From NCBI RefSeq assembly GCF_009914755.1, contig NC_060941.1: a stretch of DNA of 64,000 nucleotides, one strand, 5' to 3'. The DNA comes from the human T2T-CHM13v2.0 reference genome, Homo sapiens. Positions 28,310 to 57,399 of the stretch are shown piece after piece. Position 1 is the first letter of the stretch; every line of letters starts with the position of its first letter. The position numbers were made by a program, and so were the translations under genes. The notes beneath the pieces are model-generated. The model had not been told where the DNA came from, ran no database searches, and saw nothing but the letters and a program-made list of their open reading frames with translations.

Positions 28310-29170
28310 TAGAGTTAACATTTGAGTATGCTGAGCAAATAAGTAAATCAACAGTATATAATGTGCACAATATGAGGTTCTGTTAAGTGCTGTGAAGAAA
28401 CAAATCAGGGTAAGGAGATAGAGTAGGAGGGAGGATGGTTTCCAGAAACAACTTCCTGATTAAGAGATACTTTAGTAAAGACCCAGAAAAGTATACAAGT
28501 GGACTATGCAGATCACTAGGAGAAACTGTGTATTTCCAACCAGAGAGGAGGAAGTGCAGCATTACTGAGGCAGGGGTGTGTTTGACATACTCCAGTATGG
28601 GTGCAGAGTGAGCAGTGTGGGGAAATGTTAAGGAGATATTGGCACCATGGTAAGAAGAGCAAGACAGGAGTCAAGGACATGAATAGTACCTTTTTTTTTT
28701 TTTAACTAGAAAAGTTAAAAAAAAAGATGAATGGTTTCACCATAGTAGAGTTGCCAGAAACAACAAAATTTATATAAAGTTTGAGTTCTCATATGTTGCA
28801 GCACCATGCTCAGTGCTTTGCGTATATTATCTTTTTACAACAGTACTATGTGGCGTATTGGTACTTATCCCCATTTTACAGATGAAAGGATTAAAACACT
28901 AAGGGATTAAATGCAGACGCCTTTATCAATAATTTTGTTTACAATTTTCAGCAGATGAGTTGATCATTAATTTTTTTTGACAGTAGCTTTTTCAGTGAGT
29001 AAGGGTAACAGAAAAGAATTCTTGTCTAGCTTTAAGGTTCATACATGGCATTTAGTACTACAAGAATTTGGACAAGTTATTTAACCTCTCAAGATCACTT
29101 TACTCCTCTATAAAATGGAAGATTTGTGTTTGGTGCTTTTTAAGGTCTGATGAGTCTAATCTGTGAAAGA
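28310..29170. mobile_element. L2 fragment (about 28310-28650) and MIR fragments (about 28790-28910, 29000-29170)
   Basis: taagtgctgtgaagaaa...agggtaagg (L2-like); atccccattttacagatgaa and ggacaagttatttaacctctc (MIR core). Confidence 0.55.
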
Positions 29171-31471
29171 GCACAGGGAGCTGATTATCAAAGTGAAATA
29201 GAAGGTACCATTAAAGGTTAAGGGATACCTCATATATTTAACCTTCAAAAAATACTGTCTTTAATATAGTTTAATAAACTTTTTGAAGTCACTGTGGAGG
29301 CTAAAATGTGCACACATATTTTAGATATTTGAGGGAAATGGCAAAGATGTCTTTGGTGATCATATTTAGTTGAAACAATTCAAGGTAATATGATTTATGT
29401 CTTGTTTTTCCTTTTTTGTGGGTTTGTTGATGGTGCCTGGAGCCTCTCTATTTTCCTATTTCTCCCTCTTTATCTCATCTTCCACTTCATCTCTCTTCTC
29501 TGTCTCAAAAAATTGCTCACAAGTTCCTGTTTAGATAAATGAGAGTATTATTCAATTCATAATGATTATTTATAGAAAATTTGGTAAGAAAATAGAATTT
29601 TGTAGCGCACAACAACCTTGACAGAATCTAAAAATTTACATATAAAATGTATTGGCAATAGAATAAAACTTTATGGATAAAATTTAGATTTGCAAAATTT
29701 GACTATACCTTGAAAGCTCACATTGAGTGAATATATAAGTTAATCTCAACAAGGACAAACTAACTGAATCAAATCTATCTTAAAAATGATTTCAGTAAAA
29801 TAAAAAATGAAGCAGAAGACTTGGAAATGGTTTAAATGATAAATTTAGTTGTTCAATGGAATCCTTCTAGAAAATATTTTTCTCAGTGAAAATTGATTAG
29901 TTTCAGCATACTTTTGCATAAAATCTTCACATTGAAGACATAATCCTTAACATCAAAAGAGAAGAGTTGAGATATTTCATTATCAGTTGGATTTTTATTT
30001 GCCTCTGGGTCTATTTTTGGACCCAGGCAGAAGCTGTTTCTATTTTATGTCTTGAAAAATCCTTAAGGCTGATTTCTGAGCTTAAATCCTTTGGTTTAAA
30101 TGAGTTTACAATGGTGTGTGTGGTGGGGGATATTATTTAACATTTTCTGACAAGGAAACGCTTTTGAATTTTGTTGCGTGGGAGAGGAGTTGGTGACTTG
30201 GTGGGCAAGCCCATTTTCATTACTTTAATTGTGCGATTTATTAGGATTTTAAGCTTTTTATAAATGTTTTAGTGTTATAGGACAGAATTAAAAGGATTTA
30301 GCATAAAAGGAGTTTAACAAAAGGACTTTGCAACAGGATTGCAATAGTTTTTATATTTGATGGATTTGGCTAGCCGCTTTTCATTTCAATCATCATGGTA
30401 CATTCTGTTAAATGCTGTAGAACAGGTGTGTGTAACGTCATTCTCTCTATTGTACATGCAAATAAACACACAATTTTATATATAAAAAGTTAATCCACTG
30501 CAATTTGGAGGATTATGTTATGGGAGGGTGATGACTCCATTAGGCATCATGAAGAATGAAGAGTACATGCTATTTATACTGCAGGAAAAAACAAGTTAAT
30601 AGCTACAATGTTCATGAGATGTAGAATTTTTATGTGGACACTTTTATTCAAGATATCCACAATAAAATTATTTAAATGAAAATTAAGATTTTGTTACATT
30701 GTTTTCTAACCTTGAAATGAGAATATTTTTTTTTTCTGGATGGTCTGCCTTATATAAAGTTGGAAGTTTAGTTAGTATTTGTTTATTGTAGATTGTGGTG
30801 TTTTCTACTTGCATGGACTTTCTAGTAAATGTGTTGGGAGTTATTGCCATTCTCAGTATAGGGCTTTTATTTTGTAGTTTAAAATTTTAGCTTCTTTGAT
30901 TATCCATAAACTTTATAAATTTTTAGTAAGTATTATGTGCCTGATCTAGAGAGCAAAGTTTGCTGGACTGATATACTTCAGTAGGTTAGTGAAAACTACT
31001 GGAGTTCTTCAATTCAGGTTTGAGAAAAACAATCACAACATTCTTGCCAGTATTATTTGCATTTTAAAAACTTGATGTTTCATTGATCAAAATATCAAAT
31101 TGATATGCATAATACAGGTACAAACTGTAAAGACCTTGGAAAGACCAGGAAGTAGAAGGAAAATAGCCATTGTTAAAGGTGAAGGCAAAATATGTAGGAG
31201 TGAAGAATTGGCTCTGTATAGAGGAAGTTCAGTTATAATTAATTTGGAACATAAATATTATGGACTGTGGGCCTGTTAATTTTTAACTTATGCTTGGATC
31301 AAAAGTAATATTGTTAACTGTGAAATCTGATTTGTTTAGCAGGAGTAATGGCACACCATGTACAGTAAATTATGTTTGAACAAACCTATTCTTGATGCTT
31401 TCTCACTACATTATCACAGATTTGTTTAAAAGATATAGGCACTGATTATTATATAATTCTAAAATATTTAA

Positions 31472-33668
<2,197 letters not shown>

Positions 33669-34166
33669 ATGAGTGTGACTGCTTTATTTTTTTATTTTTA
33701 TTTTTTCCCCTCTGCCACCCTAGTGTGACTGTGTTAGATATCTCATCTCAGTGGAATCATGTAATATTTATCTTTTTATGATTGGTGTATTTCACTTATA
33801 ATGTTCTCAAGGTTCATCCATGTTGTAGCATGTGACAGGATTTCCTTCTTTATTTTTATTTTTAAATTTTTAATTAATTAATTATTTTTAGATGGAGTCT
33901 CACTCTGTCGCCCAGGCTGGAGTGCAGTGGCACGATTTCTGCTCACTGCAACTTCTGCCTCCTGGGTTCAAGCAGTTCTCTGCCTCAGCCTCCCGAGTAG
34001 CTGGGATTACAGGCACCTGCCACCATGCCCTGCTAATTTTTTTGTTTTTAGTAGAGATGGGGTTTCACCATCTTGGCCAAGCTGGTGTTGAACTTCTGAC
34101 CTCTTGGTCCACCCGCCTCAGCCTCCCAAAGTGCTGGGATTACAGGTGTGAGCCACCGTGCCTGGC

Positions 34167-37669
<3,503 letters not shown>

Positions 37670-38296
37670 TTGTTTTTGTTTTTATTTTACTTTTTTGAGA
37701 CAGAGTCGCGCTCTGTTTCCCATGCTGGAGTGCTGTGGCGTGATCTCGGCTCACTGCAACAGGTTCAAGCGATTCTCCTGCTTCAGCCTCCTGAGTAGCT
37801 GGGATTACAGGTGTGTGCCACCATGCCCAGCTAATTCTCTGTATTTTTAGTAGAGATGGGGTTTCGCCACCTTGGCCAGGCTGGTCTTGAACTTCTGGCC
37901 TCAAGTGATCCACCCACCTTGACCTCCCAGAGTGCTGGGATTACAAGCATAAGCCACCGTGCTTGGCCGTTTTCCTTCTTTTTTAAGTCTGCATAATCCG
38001 TTTCAATATACCACATTTTCTTTATCCATTCATCTATCAGTAGACTTTTGGGTTGTTTCCATCTGTTGGCTATTTGGAATAATGCTGCAGTGAACATAGT
38101 TGTGCAAGAGTTTGCTACATTTATTTTTACTTTTATTTATTTATTTATTTATTTATTTTTTTGTGGGGTGGGAAACAAGATCTTGCCATGTTGTCCAGGC
38201 TGGCCTTGAGCTCCTGGGCCCAAGCAGTTCTCCTGTCCGGCCTCCTGAGTAGCTGGGACTACAGGTGTGTAGCACCACACCTGACTACATTTATTT

Positions 38297-38558
38297 ATTT
38301 ATTTATTTACTTTTAATTTATTATACTTTAAGTTCTGGGATACATGTGCAGAATGTGCATGTTTGTTACATAGGTATACACATGCTATGGTGGTTTGCTG
38401 CACCTGTCAACCTGTCATCTACATTAGGTATTTCTCCTAATGCTATCCCTCTCCTAGCCCCCCACCTCCCGACAGGCCCTGGTGTATGATGTTCTTCTCT
38501 CTGTGTGCATGTGTTCTCACTGTTCAACTCACACTTATCAGTGAGAACACGTGGTGTT
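38297..38558 (-). mobile_element. L1PA7/8-like 3' end fragment
   Basis: ttattatactttaagttctgggatacatgtgcaga... L1PA 3'UTR. Confidence 0.85.
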
Positions 38559-38559
38559 T

Positions 38560-42380
<3,821 letters not shown>

Positions 42381-42604
42381 GAAAGATTTTGTGTTAAGTT
42401 ATATCATCTAATACCTGGAGCAACCACTTGAATTCCCGATCCTATAACAATCTGTTTCTTCTCTGGTAGCTTATAGAAGCTTTTCTGTGTTATCACTGTC
42501 TTGAAACAATGTACTCTGATATTGGTCTGTTTCATGTACTGTGCTAGAACCTGAAGAAGCTGATAAAATCGTAGTTTTTTGTTCTGGGGAAACTTTTTGA
42601 ATTA

Positions 42605-45250
<2,646 letters not shown>

Positions 45251-46151
45251 AAACAAGAACACACACACAAAAAACAAAAGGTAGTATATTATTCTGTATC
45301 TTCCTATGGTTGTATGTATTCCTTTTTTCCACTTTATATCTTCTATCTCATTCCATGTTTTTATAGTGTAATTCGTTGTGTTGTTTTGCAGCGGTAGGAA
45401 ATATTCTATTGTAACTTGATTTTTTTTCAGTCTTTTGCTATTATAAACAATACTGTTGTGAATAATCTTATATACAAGTTATTTATCTCATGTCTGAGTA
45501 TATGTGTAGGGTGAACTTGGATTAAGGGGTATTTGTATTTCAATTTTGATTAATGTGAGAAAATTTAATCAAATTTTTGGATTTTTTAAGGAGCTCTTAA
45601 ATAAGTGTCAATATATGTAGTTAAATTTAGTTATATAGTCCTTTTTATTTTAGCTTCATCTCCTATCACATTTAGTACCTGCTATTGTCAATTATTGTGG
45701 CTTTTAAAGATCCTGTGATGTAAACTAATTTGAGTGTCGGGTTTTTTTTTTTCCCCCAAGCACTACCTTGCACTTTTACTTCTGACTGCTGCATCAGTCA
45801 TCAGTCTGACTTAGCATGCTTAAGTAAATACACACACACACACACACTCACACAATTTTAAAGATATATAGTTATCGTTATATAAATAACATATTTATAT
45901 GTATATAAATATATGTAGTTAAAAATTTTTAAGTAGAAAATGTCTGACTTATTTAAAGGTAGTGTGAATAGTGCGATGATCCCTAAGGAACCCACCAGTC
46001 ATCATTTTATGACTATTCTTGTTTCATTAGCATTTATTTCCCTCCCTCTAGATTATTTTGAACCCTTCCTAGATATCATATCAGTTTATTGGTTAACATT
46101 CCCTCACTTGTTTCTAAAAGATAAGGTATCTTAAAAATGTAACCACAGTAT

Positions 46152-47258
46152 TGTAGGGGAGGAAAACTTCTCTGACCTCTCAGGGTCTCTGGGTGGGCCA
46201 AAAAATTAAACTGACATAAGATAAATTAACAGGAGAAAAGCATACAAATTTTTATTTCATAAAATTTACATGTGCATGTGTGTCCGAACAGGGAAATGAA
46301 GACTTAAGGAAGTGGCGGCTGGGCGCGGTGGCTCACGCCTGTAATCCCAGCACTTTGGGAGGCCGAGGCAGGAGGACTGCTTGAACTCAGGAGTTCAAGA
46401 TCAGCCTGGGCAACACGGTGAAACCCCGGCTCTACTAAAATACAAAAAATTAGCCGGACATGGTGGCGGGCACCTGTAATCCCAGCTACTTGGAAGGCTG
46501 AGGCAGGAGAATAGCTCGAACCTGGGAGGCGGAGGTTGCAGCGAGCCCAGATCTGCCATGGCACTCCAGCCTGGGTGACAGAGTGAGACTCCATCTGTAA
46601 AAAAAAAAGAGAAGTGACTCAGCCTAAGTTTTTTTTTTTTTTTTTTTGAGACGGAGCCTTGCTCTGTCCCTCAGGATGGAGTGCTGGCGTTGGCATGATC
46701 TTGGCTCACTGTAACCTCTGCCTCCTGGGTTCAAGCTAGTCTGCCTCAGCCTCCCAAGTAGCTGGGATTACAGCGCCTGCCTCCATGCTCGCGCTAATTT
46801 TTATATTTTTGTATTTTTTTTTTTTAAACTAGAGATGGGGTTTCACCATGTTGGCCAGGCTGGTCTCGCATCCTGACCTCAGGTGATCCACCCGCCTCGG
46901 CCTCCCAAAGTGCTGGGATTACAGGCGTGAGCCACTGTGCCCGGCTTCGGCCTAAATTATTACATGCTAGGTTGAACAAAGAATGACATTTATGGAAAGG
47001 TATCTGGGAAGATAAGGGCTAGTTTAACAATGTTCATTTATACAGATTTCTTTCATCCTTGCCTTCACATCTCTGGTGATTAAAATGTTTCTTCTTGGTA
47101 TGTAGGAAGGTCATCTTTCACTTGGGGGCTTCCTTTCAGGAATCAAAGAGCCGGTCAGCGTGTCTTTCTTACATCTGCTGTTTTTCAAATGCTTTTAGCC
47201 CAAATAATCAATATGCCAAAGAGGCATATTTTGGAGTGGTTTGTCCTGAGCTCCTTAA
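46152..47258 (-). mobile_element. ERV1 LTR (MER31/MER67-like) interrupted by two inverted Alus (46317-46608 +, 46629-46946 -)
   Basis: aattaaactgacataagataaattaacaggagaaaagcatacaaat and aatatgccaaagaggcatattttggagtgg are typical of this LTR group; exact family uncertain. Confidence 0.65.
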
Positions 47259-47326
47259 TATCATTATCAATATAGTTTTAAGGAATTTCTGTCATGTGTG
47301 AGGTTGAGCATTTTTTCTTCTTAATC

Positions 47327-50058
<2,732 letters not shown>

Positions 50059-50881
50059 GAGAGAGTTTGTGACTTAGATTTAATGCCATCTGCAAAACAG
50101 ATGAAAACAACTATTGCAGTACTCTGAAACTCAACCAAAAGCATATAATAATCTGAAAAGTGTTTAAGCTTGAGAAACTGCTAATCTTTGCACAATAACA
50201 GTGGGAATCTGTGGCATTCATGCCTGCAGCTGCTCCTGTCCCACTCCACACTTTCCCTCTTCCAGGGTTGGTTGGTTGGTTGGTTGGTTATAGAGTGTCT
50301 TCCAGGGTGAGAAAGGTTTTGAGGACTAGTACCTTACCTGCTGTGCTTGGAAAATTTTCGCTCATCTCTGAGTGGCAGGTATTGCATATGCCTGCCAGCA
50401 TTATCTGCAGAAATTACTGTCTTGATGACATGTGTGCTTTGAGAGCCATTGGCTCTTTCAGCCTAAGATAATGGTTAGCTGAGGCTTCATGCATATGCAG
50501 AGGAGCCATGAAAAAGGGTCCAGGGGGAAGAAAAATCTGAATAGATGTGCAGATCCTTTGGCAAAGGAAAACAACTTTTGTTGACCTGGGGTATTTGAGT
50601 GAATCCTCTGTTGAGTAGTTGGCTGCCCACTAAGATACATAGATGCATGGCCAGACCCTGAAAGTCAGGCTTTAAAGTAATGCAAGAATAAAAGAAATAA
50701 TAAAACTGAACAGAGAAATCAGCAACTGCAAATTGTGGAAGAAGACAGATTTCATAGAATCCAGAGTAATGTTATACTGTATTATATAAAATGTCTATTT
50801 TTAAATATAAAATTATGACACATGCCAAGAAACAGGAAGTTGTGGCAGTGAGAAAAAGGCAGACAATAGAAATCATACCTG

Positions 50882-52309
50882 ACTGGTCTTCAGAAAAGCC
50901 TGAGTCCTGTCCTCTCACTCTCCCCACTGGACAGCATGAGCTTCACCACTTGCTCCACGTTCTCCACCAAACTACCAGTCTCTGGGCTCTGTGCAGGTGC
51001 CCAGCTATGGCACCCAGCCAGTCAGCAGTGTGGCCAGTGTCTGTGCAGGCACCAGGGGCTCTGGTTCCCGGATCTCCGTGTCCCACTCCACCAACTTCTG
51101 GGGTGGCATGGGGTCCAGGGGCCTGGTTGTGGGGATGGCGGGGGGTCTGGCAGGACTGAGAGGCATCCAGAATGAGAAAGAGACCATGCAAAGCCTGGAC
51201 GATTGCCTGGCCTCCTGCCTGGACAGAGCAAGGAGCGTGGAGACCGGAAACCAGAAGCTGGAGAGCAAAACCCAGGAGCACCTGGAGAAGAAGGGACCCC
51301 AGGTCAGAGACTGGAGCCATTACTTCAAGACCATCGAGGACCTGAGGGCTCAGATCTTCCCAAATACTGTGGACAGTGCCTGCATCGTTCTGCAAATCAA
51401 CAGTGCCTGTGTTGCTGCTGATGACTTTAGAGTCAAGTATGAGACAGAGCTGGCCATGCCCTAGTCTGTGGAGAGGGACATCCATGGGCTCTGCAAGGTC
51501 ACTGATGACACCAATGTCACTCAGCTTCAGCTGGAGACAGAGATCAAGGCTCTCAAGGAGGAGCTGCTCTTCCTGAAGAAAAACCTCGAAGAGGAAGTAA
51601 AAGTCCTACAAGCCCAGACTGCCAGCTCTGGGTTGACCATGGAGGTAGATGCCCCCAAATCTCAGGATCTCACCAAGATCATGGCAGACATCTGGGCCCA
51701 ATATGACGAACTGGCTCAGAAGAACCAAGAGGAGCTGGACAAGTACTAGTCTCAGCAGATTGAAGAGAGCACCACAGTGGTCACCATGCAGTCTGCCGAG
51801 GTTGGAGCTGCTGCGTTGATTCTCATGGAGCTGAGACGTACAGTCCAGTTCTTGGATATTGACCTGGACTGCATGAGAAATCTGAAGGCCAGCTTGCAGA
51901 ACAGCCTGAGGGAGGTGGAGGCCCACTACACCCTGCAGATGGGGCAGATCCTGTAGACTGGATCCTGCTGCACCTAGAGTCAGAGCTGGCACAGACCCTG
52001 CAGAGGGACAGCGCCAGGCCCAGGAGTAGGAGGCCCTGCTGAACATCAAGGTCAAGCTGGAGACTGAGATCACCACCTACTGTCACCTGCTGGAAGATGG
52101 TGAGGACTTCAGTCTTGGTGATACCCCAGACAGCAGCAACTCCAGGCAAACCATCCAGAAGACCACCTCTCCCAGGATAGTGGATGGCAAAGTGGTGTCT
52201 GAGACCAGCGACATCAAAGTTCTGAGACATTAAGCCAGCAGAAGCAGTGTACCCTTTGGGGAGCCAGGAGGCCAATGAAAAGTTCAGAGGTAAAAAAAAA
52301 AAAGAAAAA
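50882..52309 (+). pseudogene. KRT18P61: Processed keratin 18 pseudogene (probably KRT18P61)
   Basis: Intronless KRT18 homology: 5'UTR, ATG at 50936 (MSFTT), rod motifs (IQNEKETMQSL, DWSHYFKTIEDLRAQIF, VDAPKSQDL), stop TAA 52231-52233, degenerate polyA signal AATGAA 52274-52279, A-tail from 52292. Degenerate TSD agaaatcatacctg/agaaatcttatgtg. Frameshift after about codon 12 and premature TAGs at 51462 and 51747. The KRT18 call is firm; the number 61 is from recall. Confidence 0.93.
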
Positions 52310-52439
52310 AGAAATCTTATGTGGTTGTCTCCAGATGTTAAATTTTACAAAGATTTTAAAGCAGCTATTATAAATGTGTTCTAAGAACTAAATGAACTAT
52401 GTATAAAGAATTAAAGGAAAGGGTTATAGCAATAACTCA

Positions 52440-52840
<401 letters not shown>

Positions 52841-52970
52841 TCATAAGTTGTTTTCATAAGTTGTTTTATGGATGTAGACCTAATATGTCTTGTTGTTAAG
52901 TTTTTGTCTAAATGTTTGTAGTAGGTGAGCATATGGTGATGTTGAATAGAGTAGACTCTTTAGTAGCTAC

Positions 52971-53430
52971 TGTTGGGGAGGAATACTTTTCTCTCTTAAA
53001 TTCTTTGGGGAGAGGGCTGCAATTTAAACTGACGAAAGGCAGATTAGCAAGAGGACAAAAAATCAGATTTAATTACATATGTACATATAGGAGTTTGCAA
53101 AAAAATGTGACTTAAGGTGGCTTATATATCATCTCAGTAGGAGATGGGGATGGAGAGGGACACAATTTGTAGAAGGGCACATTTTGTAGAACAAATGACT
53201 TCTTAGAATGGGAGCAGAAGGAAGGGCACTTGTGACTTTTTGGAAAATTAAGGTGGTCCTTAGGAGAAAAGACAGGAGATGTGATAGTTTTGTAACAATA
53301 TCTGTTTGGGAGTGGTCCTAGAAGAGATTAAGTTGCTCCAGGGGAGGAGATTTATGACAAATGAAGTTTTTTGGAGGGCTCTGCTCTGCTTTTAGGTAGA
53401 TAAAGTATACTAGGAACTTGAGTGCTATCA
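52971..53430 (-). mobile_element. ERV1 LTR-like fragment (MER4-group)
   Basis: tgttggggagg...taaactgacgaaaggcagattagcaagagg resembles the LTR end at 46152. Confidence 0.5.
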
Positions 53431-54175
53431 ACAATCCATGAGTCAATACATACATACATACATACATATATACATATGTACAGTTGAGTTTATGACAATT
53501 AAGTTTGTGTGTTCATTTATTTATTTTAGAGACAGAGTCTCCCTCGGTCACCCAGGCCCAGGTGCAGTGGTCCAATCATAGCTCACTATAATCTGGAACT
53601 CCTGGGCTCAAGAGATCCTCCCATCTCAGCCTCCTGAGTAGCTGGGACTATAAGTTATGCCACTGTTGGGCTAATTAAAAAAAATTTCTTTTTTTAAGAG
53701 ATAAGTTCCCACGATGTTACCCAGGCTGGTCTTGAACTCCTGGCTTCAAGCAATCCTCCTATCCCAGCCTGCCAAAATGTTGCAATTACAAGTATGAGCC
53801 ACCACATCTGGTCCAATCATATTATTCTTATTTTATGCATGCAGAAGCTAATAGAGGTTCAGTCACACAGTTAGTCATGGACCCAGGCTTTTGCTTGACC
53901 CTCAAGCTATGTTCTTTCCAGTAACCATACTGTTTGTCATTATGGAGGGCATTCCTCTATACATACACAGGCATATTCCGTCTATAGACTGTATTAAGAG
54001 TGCCCTAACCTCAGATTTATATATTTACAATTTTCTGACCAGTTATTTTCAGAGGTAACAAAGATTTCTTAAAAAAAAAAAAAGGAGGTTATGTTAGGAG
54101 CAATTAAGCAATTTGTTTATCCCTGCCAGAGTACCTAGGACTACAGGTGTATGCCACCTTGCCTGGCTAATCTTT

Positions 54176-55036
54176 GTATGTCTTCTTTTGAGAAGTGTCT
54201 GTTAATGTCTTTTGCCCACTTTTTAATGGCATTGTTTTTTGCTTGTTGAATTGTTTAAATTCGTTATAGATTCTGGATATTAGATATTTGTTGGGTGCAT
54301 AGTTAGTGAATATTTGTGAATCTATAAATATTCACAAAAAATATTCACTACAGATATTCACAAACTGTGCATCCAACAAAGGTCTGTAGATTGTTTGCTC
54401 TGTTGATAGTCTCTTTTGCTGTGCAGAAGCTCTTTAATTAGTTCCCAATTGTCGATTTTGTTTTTGTTGCAATTGCTTTTGAGGACTTTGCCAAGGCCAG
54501 TGTCCAGAATGGTATTTCCTAGGTTTTCTTCTAGGATTTTTATAGTTTAGGGAGTCCTTTCCCCATTGCTTGTCATTGTCGACTTTGTTGAAGATTAGAT
54601 GGTTGTAGATATATGCAGCTTTATTTCTGGGTTCTCTTTTCTGTTCCATTGGTCTCTGTATCTGTTTTTGTGCTGGCACCATGCTGTTTTGGTTACTGTA
54701 GCCTTATAGTATAGTTTGAAGTCAGGTAATATAATGTCTCAGCTTTGTTCTTTTTGCCTGGGATTGCTTTGGCTTTTCAGGCTCTTTTTTGTTCTATATG
54801 AATTTTAGAGTAGTTGTTTTTCTAATTTTGAGAAAAGTGACATTGGTAGTTTGATAGGAATAGTATTAAATCTATAGATTGCTTTGGGTAGTTTGACCAT
54901 TTTAACAATATTTATTCTTCCAATCCATGAGCATAGAATGTTTTTCCATTTGTTTGTATCATCTCTGCTTTCTTTCAGCATTGTCTTGTAGTTCTCCTTA
55001 TATCTTTAACCTTGTTCATTAGATGTATTTCTTGGT

Positions 55037-55086
<50 letters not shown>

Positions 55087-55351
55087 CCCATTGCAAATGG
55101 GATTGCATTCTTGATTTAGCTCTCAGTTTGGACGTTATTTGTATATAGAAATGTTACTGATTTTACTACCTTTATTTTTTTTTATCCTGAAACTTACTGA
55201 AATTTTTTATTAGTTCTAGAAGCCTTTTGGTGGAGTCTTTCGGGTCTTCTAGGTATATAATCATATTGCCAGTGAAGAGAGATAATTTGGCTTTTTTCTT
55301 TTTTCCTATTTGAATGCCTTTTATTTCTTTCTCTTGCCTGATTGCTCTGGC
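54176..55351 (-). mobile_element. Older L1PA/L1PB ORF2 fragment with internal deletions
   Basis: Colinear with 2770-3990 of the full-length L1; contains (TG)n at 55041-55086. Confidence 0.85.
55041..55086. repeat. (TG)n(CG)n microsatellite
   Basis: About 19 TG units followed by CG units. Confidence 0.95.
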
Positions 55352-55658
55352 AAACAGTAGCTTCTTAAGAGAGTCTTTGTGTTAGGCGTATATTTTGATG
55401 CAGTGTTTCTGCATAAGCAAAAGATACTTTTGTTATTTTAGTACGTTTGACGTATACCATTTAGTTACTTAGAATTTTTCAGTGTGGAAAAGGACTTCTC
55501 CAATTTTATTTTAGTATTTTTTTCTTCATTTAAACACATTGTTTAATGAATTCAAAGGAAGTCTCCTTTACATGATAGCAATAATATAAGAAGGACATGG
55601 CTATTAGAAAATTGTGGTCACTAATTTCAGGAACACTATTATTTAAAAGTCCTGTGCC

Positions 55659-56234
55659 TTCTAGATTCCTCAAGGATCTAGAACTAGAAATACCATTTGA
55701 TCCAGCCATCCCATTACTGGATATATACCCAAAGGATTATAAATCATGCTGCTATAAAGACACATGCACGTTTATTGCAGCACTATTTACAATAGCAAAT
55801 ACTTGGAACTAACCCAAATGTCCATCAATGATAGACTGGATTAAGAAAATGTGGCACATATACACCATGGAATACTATGCAGCCATAAAAAAGGATGAGT
55901 TCATGTCCTTTGTAGGGACATGGATGAAGCTGGAAACCATCATTCTCAGCAAACTGTTGCAAGGACAAAAAACCAAACACTGCATGTTCTCACTCATAGG
56001 TGGGAATTGAACAATGAGAACACTTGGACACAGGAAGGGGAACATCACACACCGGGGCCTGTCATGGGGTTGGGGGAGGGGAGAGGAATAGCATTAGGAG
56101 ATATACCTAATATAAATGACGAGTTAATGGGTGCAGCACACTAACATGGCGCGTGTATACGTATGTAACAAGCCTGCACGTTGTGCACATGTACCCTAGA
56201 ACTTAAAGTGTAATAATAAAAAAAAAGGAAAAAA
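55659..56234 (+). mobile_element. 5'-truncated L1PA (L1PA4/5-like), sense orientation
   Basis: ORF2 C-terminus and 3'UTR with A-tail; 14-bp TSD aaaagtccWgtgcc at 55645-55658 and 56235-56248. Confidence 0.93.
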
Positions 56235-57022
56235 AAAAGTCCAGTGCCAACTTATGTCCAATACAAAGTAATTTCAAGAATGGGCAGATTCCTTCACCTG
56301 CTTCCAGTTTTTTAAATAAAGTAACAAAAAACAGCAGGCAACTGATGATGTAGAACAGAAGATGTAATGCTTCCAAAATAATTTAAGTTAATGAGACTCA
56401 GTTTATAGGCATAAATATAGGTGATACGAGGAACCATTCAGGGAGCCAATGAAGTCTGAAATAATGGAAAGAGTAGGAGAATACATAGTTACAAGACAGC
56501 AAATAGAATAGTGACTGCATCAAATGGAGATGGAGAAAGCCACACATAATCATGAAGTGTCTGCTTAGAGACATTCTTCAGTTTCACATGTACCTTGAGA
56601 ATGTTTTCTTTATCTTGCCCATCTTTATTTCTTTCTTGGTATTAAGCGCAGTGCCCTATATCTAGGAGACCCTCGAATATATATATATTTTGCCTAAGTG
56701 AATTTTAGGAAGCTTCCTATACGAGTAGTTATACTCATCCTTTATTTTTTAGTATCACTTTTTTATGACTGAGAATATCTCTTAATCTAAGGAATCATAT
56801 GTACTGTACCTGGGTATTTACATTTTCGTAGCCAGTTGGGTACAAAACCTTAGGACATCCCTCCATTTGGAGAGGAGTGGGATGTCCAGGTTGCTCTCCA
56901 GCTCCCTGGCACATACTTTATTGAACACCCATGTAGTTTAGACTTTGTCAAGTTGCTTATATTCACAACTAATACTGCCTATTAAATTATTCTTGGGAAA
57001 ATTCACTAAGATTTTCTTTTGA

Positions 57023-57366
<344 letters not shown>

Positions 57367-57399
57367 TAGTGCCTTTTCTAAGAAGAGGGGAATTGCTAT

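Noticed and set aside
50943-52275. Long antisense ORFs over the KRT18 pseudogene
   Set aside because: Shadow frames of GC-rich coding-derived sequence.
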